Origin: Camelus dromedarius
Taxonomy: Eukaryota
DNA length: 64,000 nt
Direction of reading: 5' to 3'
Assembly (NCBI RefSeq): GCF_036321535.1
Contig: NC_087447.1
Coordinates: 48,982,001-49,046,000 of the forward strand
Made by a program: the position numbers and the translations under genes. The notes under the pieces were generated by a model. It saw only the letters and a list, made by a program, of their open reading frames with translations, was not told the origin of the DNA and ran no database searches. Positions 1 through 14,504 of this stretch are shown in pieces (the first letter of the stretch is position 1; each line of letters begins with the position of its first letter).

Positions 1-628
1 AATTTTAGGTCTTTCTCCATCTTTCTGTGCCCTTGAGTCTTCCTTGTGCTGTTGGATCTCCCCGAGCAGCTCTGACTTGGTGGTCTGCTTGTCAAAAGGG
101 AGGGAGTCTGCAACAGCAGATGCAGCTGCCACTAGCTTAGAACTCAGGGACTCACTTCTCTTTTTGGGGGCATCTTCTGGGCTTTTGGAAGTCTGCCAGT
201 TGCAGCCTCCAAACGTTTAAGTTGTCTTCTGTTGGGTGGCTTTGTTGTTTGTACATTTACTGTGCTTAATTCAACTTTCATGTCCTTAATAATATTTATC
301 AAGTCTTTTTTCTTATTCTCATTTACACTGTCTTGGCTCTCTCTCTCTCCTTGGAAATCTCATGGGTTGGAGCAGAATGCTCATCTTTCTTGCGATAGAT
401 CATGCTATTAGTGCCAAAATATCTCCTGATATTATTTTTTTGTTCTGACCATTCCATATAGAGAAGTGAGTAACACAGTCACAGCCAACAATTCCTCTGG
501 GCCTCCAGAGTGCAAAGGGAGGCAGGAAAGGGGGCAAAGAGATAGGATTCCCTAGACACTTGGAAACATCATGGAGAAACAAACTGAACTGGGAAACAAT
601 GGGGATAGAGCAAATGTCCCCCACCCCC

Positions 629-1395
629 ATTATACTAAGTGAGATACGTCAGAGAAAGACCAGTACTGTATGATTTTACTTATATGTGGAAACTAAAAGG
701 CAAAACAAATGAACAAACATAACAAAATAGAAACAGAATTATAAATACAGAGAACCCCTCCGGTGGTTGGTTGCCAGAGGGGAAAGGGTAGGAAAGAAAT
801 AGATGAGGGAGATTAAGACGTATAAATTTCCAGTTGCAAAACAAGTGAGTCAGGAGTATGAAATGTACAGTGTGGGGACTATAGTCAATAGCTATGTAAT
901 ATCTTTGTAAGGTGGCAGATTGTAACTAGACTTATCATGGTGATCATGTTGAGTATAGAAATATTCAATTACTGCATTGTTAACAGGAAATAACATAGTG
1001 TTGTAGGTCAGTTATACTTCAGAAACAAACTCACTCATAGAAAAAAAAGATCAGATTTGTGGTTACGAGTTAGAAGGTGCGGGGAGAGGGAATTGAGTGA
1101 AGACAGTCAAAAAGTACAAACTTCCAAGTTATAAATAAGTACTAGGGATGCAGTGTACAACATTTTAAATACAGTTAACACTGCTGTATGTTGTACATGA
1201 AAGTTGTTAAGAGTAAATCCTAAGAGTTAAAAATTTTTTCTATTTAGTTTTGTGTCTGTATGAGATGATGAATGTTCACTAAGCTTATTATGATAATCAT
1301 TTCATGATGTATGTAAGTCATATCATCATGCTGTACCCCTTAAACTTGTACAGTGCTGTATGTCAATTGTATCTTGATAAAACTGGGAGGAAAAA
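629..1395 (+). mobile_element. Old LINE-1 3' end fragments (L1MA-like)
   Basis: Typical L1 3'UTR motifs (ctaagtgaga...cagagaaagac, cacttatatgtggaa-like, tgtcaattgtatcttgataaaactgg). Confidence 0.8.
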
Positions 1396-1904
1396 TATAT
1401 CTATCATAAATTTAAGCTTGACTTTTTACACAGTATATTTAGGGTCACACTATACATGCCATTTTTACTAACCTTTTTATTTAGCATATCAGATGAAGCT
1501 TTCCATATCAATATCCAAGCCAGCAGTTTTGATGGCTGTATAGAATAACAGAAAATATCTTTGTAATATATCACATGCATGCCGATATCTTCCTTAAAGC
1601 CTAACCATTTAAGAATCAGAAGTAACATTTAAAAATGTGATGTTTAAAAAAAGATTCCATAAAATAATTTTTAAAGTGTCCTATCTCTATTCAAATTTGT
1701 GTAAAAATTCACACGTAATCTACTTTCAGTAAAATTGCAAGCTTGGTTGTATTCTTCTGGAATTCAAATGAGAGTTTAAAGCCTCATGTGCTGCTTACAT
1801 CTGAGAGGCAACTTTTTTGTTTATCTCAGACTTTAAAACAAAACTGCAGATGCTTGATAAATCACAATACAGATGGTGTGGCTATTTTGCCCTAACCTGA
1901 GAGA

Positions 1905-2080
1905 CAGGGCGTTATAGTGCTTAGGAGCCAACTGTCTGAGTTCAGATCCTGGCTCTACATGTGAATTTGGGCAAGTTAGTTCATCTCTCCATGTCTTAGT
2001 TTCCTGGTCTGTAAAATGGACACCATAGTACCCAGCTTATAGGGTTACTGTAAAATAGTGCCTGGCACATGGTAATCCAT
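1905..2080 (+). mobile_element. MIR SINE remnant
   Basis: MIR core: ttgggcaagtta...cttagtttcctggtctgtaaaatgg...tagtgcctggcacatggtaa. Confidence 0.75.
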
Positions 2081-2101
2081 ATATAAAAATTATTATTCTT
2101 T

Positions 2102-2398
2102 TTTTTTTAAGATTTTTTATTGATTTATAATCATTTTACAATGTTGTGTCAAATTCCAGTGTTCAGCACAATTTTTCAGTTATTCATGGACATATACACA
2201 CTCATTGTCACATTTTTTTCTCTCTGAGTTATCATAACATTTTGTGTATATTTCCCTGTGCTATACAGTGTAATCTTGTTTATCCATTCTACAATTTTGA
2301 AATCCCAGTCTGTCCCTTCCCACCCCTCACCCCCTTGGCAACCACAAGTTTGTATTCTATATCTATGAGTCTGTTTCTGTTTTGTATTTATGTTCATT

Positions 2399-2457
<59 letters not shown>

Positions 2458-3803
2458 TATTCCACATATGAGCGATCTCATGGTATTTTTTCTTTCTCTC
2501 TCTGGCTTACTACACTTAGAATGACATTCTCCAGGGACATCCATGTTACTGCAATTGGCATTGTCATTTTTATGGCTGAATTGTATTCCATTGTATAAAT
2601 ATACCACATCTCCTTTGTCCAGTCATCTGTTGATGGACATTTAGGCTGTTTCCATGTCTTGGCTATTGTAAATAATGCTGCTATGAACATTGGGGTGCAG
2701 GTGTCATCCTGAAGTAGGGTTCCTTATGGATACAAGCCCAGGAGTGGGATTCATGGGTCGTATGGTTAAGTCTATTCCTAGTCTTTTGAGGAATCTCCAC
2801 ACTGTTTTCCATAGTGGCTGCACCAAACTGCATTCCCACCAGCAGTGTAGGAGGGTTCCCCTTTCTCCACAGCCTCTCCAGCATTTGTCATTTGTGGATT
2901 TTTGAATGACGGCCATTCTGACTGGTGTGAGGTGATACCTCATTGTAGTTTTGATTTGCATTTCTCTGATAATTAGTGATATTGAGCATTTTTTCATGTG
3001 CTTTTTGATCATTTGTATGTCTTCCTTGGAGAATTGCTTGTTTAGGTCTTCTGCCCATTTTTGGATTGGGTTGTTTATTTTTTTCTTATTGAGTCGTATG
3101 AGCTGCTTGTATATTCTGGAGATCAAGCCTTTGTCGGTTTCACTTGCAAAAATTTTCTCCCATTCCGTAGATTTTCTTCTTGTTTTACTTCTGGTTTCCT
3201 TTGCTGTGCAGAAGCTTGTAAGTTTCATTAGGTCCCATTTGTTTATTCTTGCTTTTATTTCTTCTAGGAGAAAATTTTTGAAATGTATGTCAGAGAATGT
3301 TTTGGCTATGTTTTCCTCTAGGAGGTTTATTGTATCTTGTCTTATGTTTAAGTCTTTAATCCATTTTGAGTTGATTTTTGTATATGGTGTAAGGGAGTGT
3401 TCTAGCTTCATTGTTCTAGCTTCATTGTTCTAGCTACATGCTGCTGTCCAGTTTTCCCAACACCATTTGCTGAAGAGACTGTCTTTATTCCATTGTATAT
3501 TCTTGCCTCCTTTGTCGAAGATGAGTTGACCAAAAGTTTGTGGGTTCATTTCTGGGCTCTCTATTCTGTTCCATTGGTCTATATGTCTGTTTTGGTACCA
3601 ATACCATGCTGTCTTGATGACTGTAGCTCTATAGTATTTTCTGAAGTCTGGGAGAGTTATTCCTCCAGCCTCTTTCTTTCTCTTCAGTAATGCTTTGGCA
3701 ATTCTAGGTCTTTGATGGTTCCATATAAATTTTATTATGATTTGTTCTAGTTCTGTGAAATATGTCCTGGGTAATTTGATAGGGATTGCATTAAATCTGT
3801 AAG
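2102..3803 (-). mobile_element. 5'-truncated young LINE-1 (copy A): ORF2 C-terminus + 3'UTR + poly(A)
   Basis: ORF2 peptides 3430..3873 and 2704..3411. Poly(T) at ~2100. TSD aattattattcttt at 2088-2101 and 3804-3817 with a TTTT/AAAG endonuclease-type site. Confidence 0.95.
2398..2457. repeat. (ATTT)14 microsatellite inside L1 copy A
   Basis: Direct reading. Confidence 0.95.
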
Positions 3804-4923
3804 AATTATTATTCTTTAAAATTTGAAATTCTAAAAAGTCTAGCACAAAGTAACCCCTCTCCATTGCTGCCATTTTAAAAATTTCTTCATTTGAGTAAGA
3901 AATGGCTTACTGTCAAAAAGTTATGATTGGAAGCTGGAAAGTTAGTGGTATGAACCATAAATGAATTCCCAGTTTTCTTGCAATTTGAATAGTGAAGACC
4001 TGTCTTTGACTTTTCATAGTCCATCACTTAGAGCTCTTTACACTTCTAATAAGTGAGTGCCCTCCCCTTCATGTAGCCTTTTAGCTTGACAACATATGAC
4101 TTAGACAATATCTGCTGGTTCAATTTATGTTTAAACTTAAATGCTTATAATTAATTTTATGTGCATTTTTTATAACACATGTAATAATTAAAAACCTATA
4201 TTGAAGTAATTTTAAACATTTTACATAAAGGAGAAAATTTGTAAAATGTTATGTTGGCATGTATATTTATATATATTTAATTCTAAACATAACATTTAAA
4301 TTGGAAGGTGTTTAAGAATTTAAAGTGAAGGGAGCATAGTATTGTCAATGTGATTTCTTTAAAATTAGGTATAAGTCATAAGAGCAAATAGTTGCTCTGG
4401 TGCTATTTAAGTGATTGCTCAAGTCGAAGTCGTGGCTTTAGCCTTGTTTGCAAGAGTTCATTTGCTATGATTTCTGGATGCTGTGAGATGGAAGCTTCAG
4501 GTAGTCCTTACTTATCCTGAACACTTTCTTTTTGTGTGCAGCATCAGCAATACTCACCATTTAGACCCCATAGTAGTGGTTAACTATTAGTATCAAATGA
4601 GAGTCTGTGAACGAGATAGGAGATATAAAGCATTGATCGCTGTAGATACCGAAGTAAATTGAAATATTCTGACACTAATTTGAATATCTAACAAGTTCAT
4701 CATGTTCTGAAGCAGTGTTTCTGAAGTAGTGGTCTACAACTTTATTATCTTGTATTATACTCCTTTCACAACCCCCTTAACAATTTAAAATACTTTTGAT
4801 GTCTTCTGTTAAAGAATAATCCCTAGATAAGCAACAAAAGTGTATTCAGCCTATTTATTGAGATGGTGATATTTAGTGGTTACAACCTTATGGACTATAA
4901 GTGTATGATTTGTTAGATTGTTA

Positions 4924-5325
4924 GGAGATTGTCATTCTAAGTGAAGTAAGCCAGAGAAAGAAAAATACCATATGATACCACTCATATGTGGAATCTAAAA
5001 AAAAAAAAAAGACAGAAATGAACTTATTTACGAAATAGAAACAGAATCACAGACATAGAAAACAAATATGGTTACCGCGGGGAAAGGTGGTGGGAAGGGA
5101 TAAATTGGGAGTTTGAGATTTGCAGATAAAACTAACTACTATATATAAAATAGATAAACAACAAGTTTCTTTGGTATAGCACAGGGATCTATATTGAATA
5201 TCTTGTGGTAACCTATAATGAAAAAGAATATGAAAACAAAAATATGTATGACTGAAACATTATGCTGTACACCAGAAATTGAAACATCACTGTAAAACTG
5301 ACTAAACTTCAATTAAAAAAAAAGA
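4924..5325 (+). mobile_element. LINE-1 3' end fragment
   Basis: ggagattgtcattctaagtgaagtaagccag... through the A-tail at ~5315. Confidence 0.88.
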
Positions 5326-6899
5326 CCAAGTCTACAAACAAACAAAATATATATATTGGAAATTAACTTAAAGATTCCCATTATTACCTTTGTGAATCCT
5401 CTTAGGAGTCTTGGGTCCCAGTTTGAGAACCTTTGGCCCAGAAATAATTAGAAAATGAGTTAAATATATATAACTCATATAATTTACTATATGTTTTTAT
5501 ATATAATCATCTTATTTTATAGGAAAAAAATCTGTTATTGTGTCTTGGGGGGAAGATTAATGAAACACCACGAGGCTAGAAGGTCCTACAGCTCTCACAA
5601 ATAATTTCTGTAGTCTACTATCATTGGGTGGTGGATCATTTCTTACTTAGATAAGAAAATGAGAAAATTACAGATTGGTGAACTCCTAATCTTTAAAGTA
5701 CCATTTGGCAGGACTTTTCCTACTAGCTCTGTGTTCATGGCATTGCCAGGTCTGTTATCTTTTATTGTGGAATTGAGAGAAGCTCCCCAAAGCAGGGGGA
5801 CTGGTACAGTGACCAAAATAGGTATAGTTTATACTGCAGAGAATATTTGTTGGAAGGACCTTTTAAAAATTAATTAGTCCAGTGACGTCATTCATTTCAA
5901 CCACATTCTGCTAGAACATAAGCCCCATGCAAAGAGCTTTGTCATTTTTGGTCAGGGTTGTATCCTTAGCACTGAAAGGAGTGCCTCACATGTAGACTCT
6001 AGTGCTTTGTAAATATTTGTGGAACTGAACTTATTGAACACAGGCCCTGTGTCTAGAACTCAAGTAGGAGAGAAGAAATGAAGGATGAATAGGACATGGT
6101 TCCAGACTGAAAGAAGCTCATAGTGTTTAGGGAAAGATTTGAAAACAAGTAATTGGACACAAGCAATTTGTGTTAAAAATCCATGATAGAAGTGTGTTTT
6201 GTGTGTTATGAAATGTATATTAAAATATTTCATTTGAAACAGTCTGATATGTATATGTATTTTAATCTAAACTCTAAGGATGGCTAGTTAACATTTGAAG
6301 CACTGAAGGGGAATAGTGGAATAGTTACATGGCATTTGAAAGACTGTAATCTGAACTTTTCTCTGCAGAGGCTCCTAAAAGCCCTTTAGTTAGCTCTATA
6401 ATCACCCAGAACCTGAGGTTTGTTAACTAGCATAATGGATGTTATAAATGATTTCTAAATTTTTAATTTTCATAACATTTAAACAAACATAAAAGTGGAG
6501 AGAACAATAAAATGCACCCCTGTATACCTATCACTTAGATTTTACAATTATGAAGATAAGTAATTTTTCATGATGAAATGAGTATTATTCAAGACATGTG
6601 GATTAGCTTCAAATATTGTACAGGCATTGCTGCCCTTGCATGAACAGAATTTTAGAATCTAGTGAGTTCAATAGCCTGTTCCTTCGATGGAGCATTGCCC
6701 TATGGCTAGGAATTCTGTTTGCCTCTGTGCTTAGCTGTTAGGAGAAAATTCAACTACCTGATTCTAACCAGAAGAAGTTGAAATCTCCTGCTAAAATATT
6801 GCCTTTGCCTTGAGTGAACCTGTCATACAACTTGTTTACTGTAGTATCTAAAAGAAAGCTATCTGGAAGTTCATGATATGTATGTAATAGGATATATAA

Positions 6900-9555
6900 C
6901 ACTTCAATTATTTAAGTGCTATAAAATATACATAATATAACATTTGCCGTTTTAACCATTTGAAGTGTACAATTGAGTAGTCTTAAGTACATTCACAGTG
7001 TTGTGCAATCATTACTTTCTTTTTCCAAAATTTTTTCATCACTCCAAATAGAAACTCTGTACCCATTAATCAATATCTCCCCATTCTGCCATCCCCCCAG
7101 CTCCTAATAACCTCTAACCTACTTCTTCCTTCTACAGATTTGCCTATTCTAGATATGTAAGTGGAATCATACAATATTTATCCTTTTGTATTTGGCTTAT
7201 TTCACTCAGCATAATGTTTTCAAGGTTTATCCACATTGTAGCATGTTTTAATACTTCATTCCTTTTTATGGCTGGATATTTTATTAAGTGTGTATATCAC
7301 GCTTTGTTTATCCTTTCATCTCCTGATAGACACTTGGGTTGTCCCACTTTTTGGCTATTGTGAATAATGCTGCAGTAAACATTGGCATATAAATAACTGT
7401 TTGACTCCCTGTTTTCATTTCTTTGGTGTATATCACTAGGAGTGGCATTGCTGGGTCATAGGAATAATTGTATATTTAATTTTTTGAGACAACGTGTTTT
7501 CTACAGCACTATCTTACATTCCTACCAGCAATGTTATGAGGGCTCCAATTTCTCCATGCTCTTGTTAGCACTTGTTATGTTCTGATTTGTAAAAATAATC
7601 ATTTTAGTGGGTATCTCATTAGGTTTTGATTTGTATTTCCCTAATGAATGATGATGTTGAGTGTCTTTTCATGTGCTTATTGACCGTTTGTGTCTCTTCT
7701 TTGAGAAATGTCTTATTTAAGTCTTTTGCTCAATTTTGAATTGGGTTGTTTGTCTTTTTGTTGTTGAGTTGTAAGAGTTCTTTATGTATGCTGAATATTA
7801 AATCTTTATCAGATATGGGATTTGCAAATATTTTCTCTCATTCTGTAGGTTGGCTTTTCACTTTTTAGATAGTGTCCTTTGCACAGAAGTTTTTAATTTT
7901 GATGAAGTCCAGTTTATCTGTTTTTTCTTTTGTTGCTTGTGCTTTTCTGTTTGGCTTTTTCACTCAGTGTAATTATTTTGAGATTCATTCACTTAGTTGC
8001 ATGTATCAATAGTTTATTCTTTTTTATTGCAGAGTAGTATTTCATTGTATGCATATGTCACAATTTGTTTATTTATTTGCCTTTTGATAGATATTTGGGT
8101 TGTTCCCATTTATATTACAAATAAAGCTGCTATGAACATTCATGTACAAGTCTTTGTATAGCATATATATTTTTTTCTCTTAGATAAATACTTAGGCATG
8201 AGATGGCTGGATCATAAGGTAGTTGTGTTTCATTTTTTAAGAAACTGCCAAACTTTTCCTAAGTAGTTTTACTGTTTTAACTCCTACCAGTAGCATATGA
8301 AAGTTCTGGTTTCTTTCAATGTTTGCCAGCATTTGATATGGTCAGTCGTTAATTTTAGCAATTCTGATTGGTGTGTGGTGGTATCTCATTGTGGTTTTAG
8401 TTTGTGTTTCCCTAGTGAGTAATGATGTTGAGCATCTTTTTGTGTGTTTATTTGCCTTTCGTATATTTTCTTTGGTTTAATGTCTTTTCAAATCTTTTGC
8501 CTTTAAAAAAGTGGGTCATGTATATTTTCTTGCTGTTGAATTTTGAAAGATCTTTGTATGTTCTGGATACAAGTCTTTTATCAGGAATATGCTTTGCAAA
8601 CATTTTTCTTCCTGTGTGTCAGTCTCTTCATTCTCTTAGAGTCTTCTGAAGAGCAGACATTCTTAACTTTCAAAAAGTACAGTTTATACCTTTTTTCTCT
8701 TATGGATTGTGCTTTTGGTGTTATATCCAAGAATTCTTTGCCTAGCCCAAGGTCACAAAGATTTTCTCCTATGTTTTCTTCCAAAAGTTTTATAGTTTTT
8801 GGCTTTACATTTAGGTCTATGATCTATTCTGAGTTAATTTTTATATACGGTGTGCAAATTGATGTCCCAGTTATTCCAGCATCATTTGTTGAAAAGACTA
8901 TCCTTTCTTCATTGGATTATCTTTGCAACTTTGTCAAAAATTAGTTATCCATTTATTTGGTTTTTTGTTTATTTCAAAACTCTATATTCTATCTGTACCA
9001 TTGATCTATTTATTTTCACACCAGTACCCTGCTGTTTTGATTATTGTAACTTTATAAGTTTTGAAATCTGTTAGTGTTAATCCGCCAACTTTGTTCTTTT
9101 TCAAAGTTATTTTGACTTCCTGGTTCTCTGTATATCCATCTGAGTTTAGTTATTAACTTGCTAGTTTCTACAAAAAAACTTGCTGGGATTTTGACTGGGA
9201 TTGCATTGAATCTATAGATCAATTTGGAGAGAACTGACATCTCAATAATATTGAGTCTTCAGACCTGTCAACATGGTATCCTTCTATTTTCTTAGGTCTT
9301 CTTTAGTTTTTCTTAGCAGTGTTTTGTGGATTCTAGTTTCCAAATCTTGTCAGATTTATCTTATGTATTTCACATTTTTGATGTTAACTGTAAATGGTAT
9401 TATAATTCCTATAAGTATATAAAAATCCAGTTGATTTTATATTTTGATAGTCTATCCTGCAACCATCCAAAACTCACTTAGTAGTTTTAGTAACTTTTTT
9501 GTAGGTTCTAGTGGATTTCCTACATGGAGGATTATGTTGTCTGAGAATAATGACT
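6900..9555 (-). mobile_element. Old LINE-1 3' portions (a younger fragment ~6910-7945 nested in an older one)
   Basis: Degenerate ORF2 peptides (8581..8784, 9052..9240) and two successive antisense 3'UTR/ORF2 series. Confidence 0.85.
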
Positions 9556-9559
9556 GTTA

Positions 9560-11755
9560 TAATTGGAGGACTTTACTACCAGATTTAAAAATGATAGTCA
9601 TCAAGACAGTATGATATTGGCATAATGAAAAGACATAGATCAATAGACTAGAATATAGTCTTGGAATGGACCCTCGCATATATAGTCAAGTGATGTTCAC
9701 AAAGACACAAAAGTAATTCAATGGCAAAAGAACTGTCTTTTCAATAATTGTGCTGGAAAAAACTGAATATCCTATGAATAAGTAAAGGTGAATTTTGATC
9801 TCTACTTTACACAATATACAAACATTAATTCAAAATAGATCATAGACTAAACATAAAAGCTAAAACTATGCAGAAGAAAAGGTAGAAGAAAAAAATTTTG
9901 ACCTTGGGGTAGGCAAAGATTTACTAGATAGGAACACAAGAAACCCTAATCACAGAAGAAAAAATTGATATATTGGATTTTACTAAGTTAAAAACTCCGA
10001 CTCATTTAGGAAATAAAGGCAAAGCAAAGACTGGGAGAAGATATTCTCAAAATGTATATCTAACAGTGGACTTGTATCCAGAATTTATAAAGAACTGTTG
10101 CCCTTAATAATAAGGTTAAAAAAATTGGGTAAAAGGTTTGATTGAACAGACACTTCATAAAAGAAGATAATGCTACTAAACATATGGAAAGATGCTCAAC
10201 ATAATTAGCCAGCAGGGAGATAACTTATTAAAATTACAATATGATGTCCTTTTACGTCCTCTAGAACAGCTAAAATTAAAAGGCTAAGAATTCCTCATGT
10301 GCGAATTAATGTGCAAATGTGACTAAGCTGGAACTCTCATGCATTGTTAGTGGGAGTGCAGTCCTCCCTCAGCATCCACAGAGGAATGGTTCCAGAAACC
10401 CTGCAGATACCAAAGTCTGTGGATGCTCAAGTCCCTTATATTAAGTGACTTAGTAGAGTTGGCATTTATATCTGTGGCATCCACGGGTTCCACCAAAGGT
10501 GGATTGATTCTGGATTTTTGATCTGCTGGTTGGTTCAATCCATGGAATCCATGTATATGGAGGGCTGACTGTATAAAATGGTATAACCTCCATGGGAAAC
10601 ATTTGGCTGTTTATAAATTTAAACATATACTTACTACTTGACCCAGCAAACCACTTGTAGCTGTTTAGCCAAGCCTAAGAAAAACATCTGTCCACAAAAA
10701 GACATGAATGTTCATAGCAGCTTTGTTCATAGCAGCTTTATTCATAACAGCCCCAAACTAAATACAACCCAAATTAAATACAACCCAAATGTACAACACT
10801 TAAGTGGATAAACAAACTGTGATATATTCATACAATGGAATATAGCTCATCCATAAAAGGAATATAATAATAAACTCAGTAACATGGATGAATATCAAAA
10901 ATATGCTGAGTGAATGAATCCTGATGTAAAGGATTATATACTATGTGATTTTATAACATGCAAAACTAACCTGTAGTCATAGTTACCAGATTAAAGGTTG
11001 CCAAGGGCTGTGTAGGGTAGGAGATAGATGGCTAGTGGGCTTGAAGGGACTTTCTTGGGTGGTAAAATGTTCTAAATCTTGATTAGGGATATGGTTATAT
11101 GGATATACACATTTGTCACAATTCATAGAGCTATGCATTCCATATGTGTTCATTTTATCATATGTAGATTATTCCTTAACGTGGTTGATTTTTTAAAAAA
11201 ATCAATTCTAAGTGAATTATACATCTAAATGTGAAAGGTCAAATAATAAGCTTCTAAAAGATAACATGGGAGAATTTCTTAAATAGGATATAAAAAGCAC
11301 TAATGTTAAATTAAACTACATTAAAACCTAGAACTTCTAGTGTTCAAAAGACACTACCAAGAGAGTAGCAAGTTACTGTGAGAGGGGAAAAAAAAGTGTG
11401 TATCTTGTATGTATATTTTTTCCTTGAAAATTGCCTCATATCCAAAAAATATAAATAATTCCTAAAATTACTAGGAAAAACCCAAATATTTAAAAGAAAA
11501 ATGGGCAACAATGTGAATAGGCACTTCATAAAAGAGAATTTCCAGATAGTCAGTAAACATATGAAAAGCTGCTCTACATGTTCAGTCATCAGAGAAATGC
11601 AAATTGAAGTCATAATGTAGTGGCAGTATGTATGCACTGAAATGGCTAAAATAGAAACACAGTGCTCACAAGGTTGAGAGCAACTGTCATTCTGCTACAT
11701 TGGGTTGGAGGGTGGGAGTGTAATCTGAATAACCAATTTGGAAAACTGATAGCCT
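9560..11755 (+). mobile_element. Old LINE-1 ORF2/3'UTR fragments (L1MC/MD-like)
   Basis: Degenerate L1 motifs (gaccttggggtaggcaaagattt, aatgttcatagcagctttattcataa). Confidence 0.8.
10359..10571. mobile_element. MER2/Tigger-type non-autonomous DNA transposon inserted in an old L1
   Basis: Imperfect TIRs cagtcctccctc...gagggctgactg with TA on the right. Internal gataccaaa...ggatgctcaagtcccttata is typical of MER2. Confidence 0.8.
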
Positions 11756-11914
11756 TGAGATGCATTTCATACTATTTCTCATATTGTTCTCTGTAGCCAA
11801 CTATTAGGCCAGCCACTTTTACTGGCTTGTTGTCTCTCCTTGTTATGCTATTCCACCCTTAACTCGTGCTCCCCAATAAAATATTCATGAATAAGCCTTC
11901 TACTCAGACTCTGA

Positions 11915-11980
11915 CCAGCTCCCCTTAACAAAGAATTATCTGCCCCAAAATGTCAGTAGTGCTGAGGTTGAGAAATGCTA
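11915..11980. mobile_element. MER3-like hAT fragment
   Basis: aacaaagaattatctgccccaaaatgtcagtagtgctgaggttgagaaa. Confidence 0.65.
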
Positions 11981-12664
11981 GTATCTGAAGTTCCAAAGGT
12001 TTGCTTAAAAATCTAAGCTCTTCAGTATTCAAACAGTGACTTTAGGAAATAACCATGAGTGTTAAGTTTTGTGTCTATAAAATGATAATGATAGATACAA
12101 ACAAAACCCTTAAGGATTAGATAAGATAAGCTCTATAAACTTAATGCCTAGGCCATAGAAGAGTTCAGTAAACAGCAGCTGTTGTTATTTCCTATTCAAG
12201 TTTCCATGCTACTTTCTGACACTCTCTGAGCCATTTTCCCTGAGTATAAAATCTCCTTCCCAGAGACCAAGTTCTCAAATCCTTACAAATAATCACCAAA
12301 AGGGTCAAAAAATAGCATCTGCAGAACCCAGTATAGAGATAACACTATTAATGTGAAGATTTAAATGAATATATGGGTTTTTTCAGTTTTGTAAATTTTC
12401 AGCATTAAGTTGATGCTGTGTTAGCAGCGACTCAACATTGCAATGAAAAGATTGTTTTGCCAGCAACACATGTTCATTGTCAAAACTTTGAGAGCATCAA
12501 TAAACACTAGGAGGCAGAGGGTACATTCCAAAACACTAGAAAAGCCAGAGAACATAGTATGTAAATACTACTAAGCACTAAATAAAATAACACTAAAATA
12601 TATAAAACAGGAAATTTAAAATTTAGATTTTTATAAAATAGTAGTATCTGTGTATGTATACATT

Positions 12665-12831
12665 ATTGGAGGCTATCCTGTGCATTTAGGGTGTTTAGTA
12701 GCAATTCCTGGCCTCTGCCCACTAGATGCCAGTAGCACACACCTTATCCCCTCAGTTGTGACAATCAAGAGTGTCCTAGACATTGCCACATGTTCCCTGA
12801 GAGGCAAAATCATCTTTGGTTGAGAACCACT
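12665..12831. mobile_element. MER20 (hAT-Charlie) DNA transposon remnant
   Basis: ctgtgcattt...cctggcctctgcccactagatgccagtagcac...gttgtgacaa...ggttgagaaccactg. Confidence 0.85.
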
Positions 12832-14357
12832 GAGATAAACGTAGATTTGAATTCCAGCTCCAAGGCCTTGGCTCCATAAATTTGAACACATTTACCTAAC
12901 TCTTAAACCTTAGTTTTTTAAAAGTAGATTATGTACAGTGGCTTTTGCTTAGCACCTGACACATAACAGTTCAGTAAATGATGATAATTAATGTGATGCT
13001 AAAACCTGTTCTCTTTTGTGCCACTCTGCTTGTCTATCCTCTAAAAATGAATGCCTCTTTGTGTAGCCTGTGGTCATATTCTTGAATAAGAGTGTCTCGT
13101 CTAAGATCATCAAAAGGCATTGATCTTATATGTGGGCAATCAGCATAGACTTCAGGTTTGCTTTCTCCCTATCTATGGATTAGCCTCCTTTCTCTTGTTT
13201 TCTTGTATGACTTGGGCAGAGTTGGGAGTACATTATTTCAATTTCCTCCTGAATAACATTGTATATGGTGTTCATTGCATGTTCATAACCTCTTGAGTTA
13301 GACTCAGCATGTTAAAGACTAGTTAGGGTTTATTGGAATCATCCTGTAGAAATTGGAAAAGATAAGACTGAATCTTTATTGTTGTTTATTGTTATTGTTG
13401 TTTTTGTTTTTTAACCTTGAGTTGACTGTCAATAAAAAGACTTTATTTTTTTATGAGTATAATTAAAAGTATTAGTAGCCTGGAATTGCTTTGATATACA
13501 TTTTGTTATTTAAATTTTATTAAAACCTTAGGCAATGAAAAGAAATTAAAGAAAGGTTAGGATAGGGAACTCTTGTTATACTATAAGTATATAGCAAGAT
13601 ACTACAGTAAGTACTTTATATTATTACCTCGTTAACTTCTTAAAACAGTATCTGCAAAGTAGCATTATCCCTGTTTTGTAGGTGAACATATGATGGTTCA
13701 TTTGCCCAAGATCATACAGCTGGTAAATAAGTGAGAGAACCACTAGAACCCAGATTTTTACTCCAAAGCCCATCTTATATTCATAATGCCATGCTACACT
13801 CCCCCCTCCCCCCATGAGGAGCATATTACTCTGCCTTAAATTTCTTTGTAGACCATGTATCTTGACCTTTCCTCTAGATCACAAGATAACTGCATAAATT
13901 GTAGGATACTGGAACTGAGATAGTCCAGTTACTTCTGTTGCCAGTTGGCCCAAAGATCTGGCTTGCCTAGCCCAGCTTCTCTGGCCCTCTGTGGCCTACA
14001 TCTCTGCTGTTCTGGTCTGAAGCAGTTACATATGGCTTATGGGAATAAGGAAAGTTTTCAGGTTCAGCTTTTTTTGGCTAAGTGAATAAACCTCATTTTT
14101 TTAATTATATGTGTATTATCTTAGCTTTTACAATTTCATATTGCTCAGAAATGCAGAGCAGTAAATCTTAAACCATGAAGCAAATGTTTGGCCAGAGTCC
14201 AGTAAAGTAGACTTACTTAAAAATTAAGAGGGCTTTATATCCAATAAGAAAAATAGTCTCAAAACTTTGTGGTTCATTCTTACAGATTATTGAGTAAAAG
14301 ATGTTTTTAAGTATAGTTGCCTAAACTCTGCTGTCTTGGTGTAATTTGTATTTTTAG

Positions 14358-14504
14358 CTGAGAGAAGAAAAGTTACAAGAGGAGAAAACCTCTGAAGATC
14401 AAATCCACAAGCTGTTACCAGAGGATACAGAAATAGGAAAAAGGAAAATGGATGAACAGAAAAAAAGAGATGAGCCATTAGTACTGAAAACAAATCTGGA
14501 GCGT
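14358..14504 (+). CDS. RNF169: RNF169 internal coding exon (human exon 3 equivalent): LREEKLQEEK...VLKTNLER
   Basis: tttttag| acceptor and |gtaagt donor. 147 nt, phase 0-0. The translation matches the human RNF169 segment as I recall it (LREEKLQEEKPSEDQIHKLLPEDTE...). Confidence 0.96.

Noticed and set aside
2146..3873. ORFs here and in other L1 regions as host genes, including hydrophobic antisense ORFs with FIYL repeats
   Set aside because: They are L1 ORF1/ORF2 fragments or antisense and microsatellite translations. No intact ORF2 exists in the window.
10708..10791. Short direct repeats as an array
   Set aside because: These are two local slippage duplications in an old L1, with no spacer structure.
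6900..11755. Opposite-strand L1s meeting at ~9555 as a twin-priming inversion
   Set aside because: Both arms contain overlapping ORF2 coordinates and their own 3'UTRs, which indicates separate old insertions.
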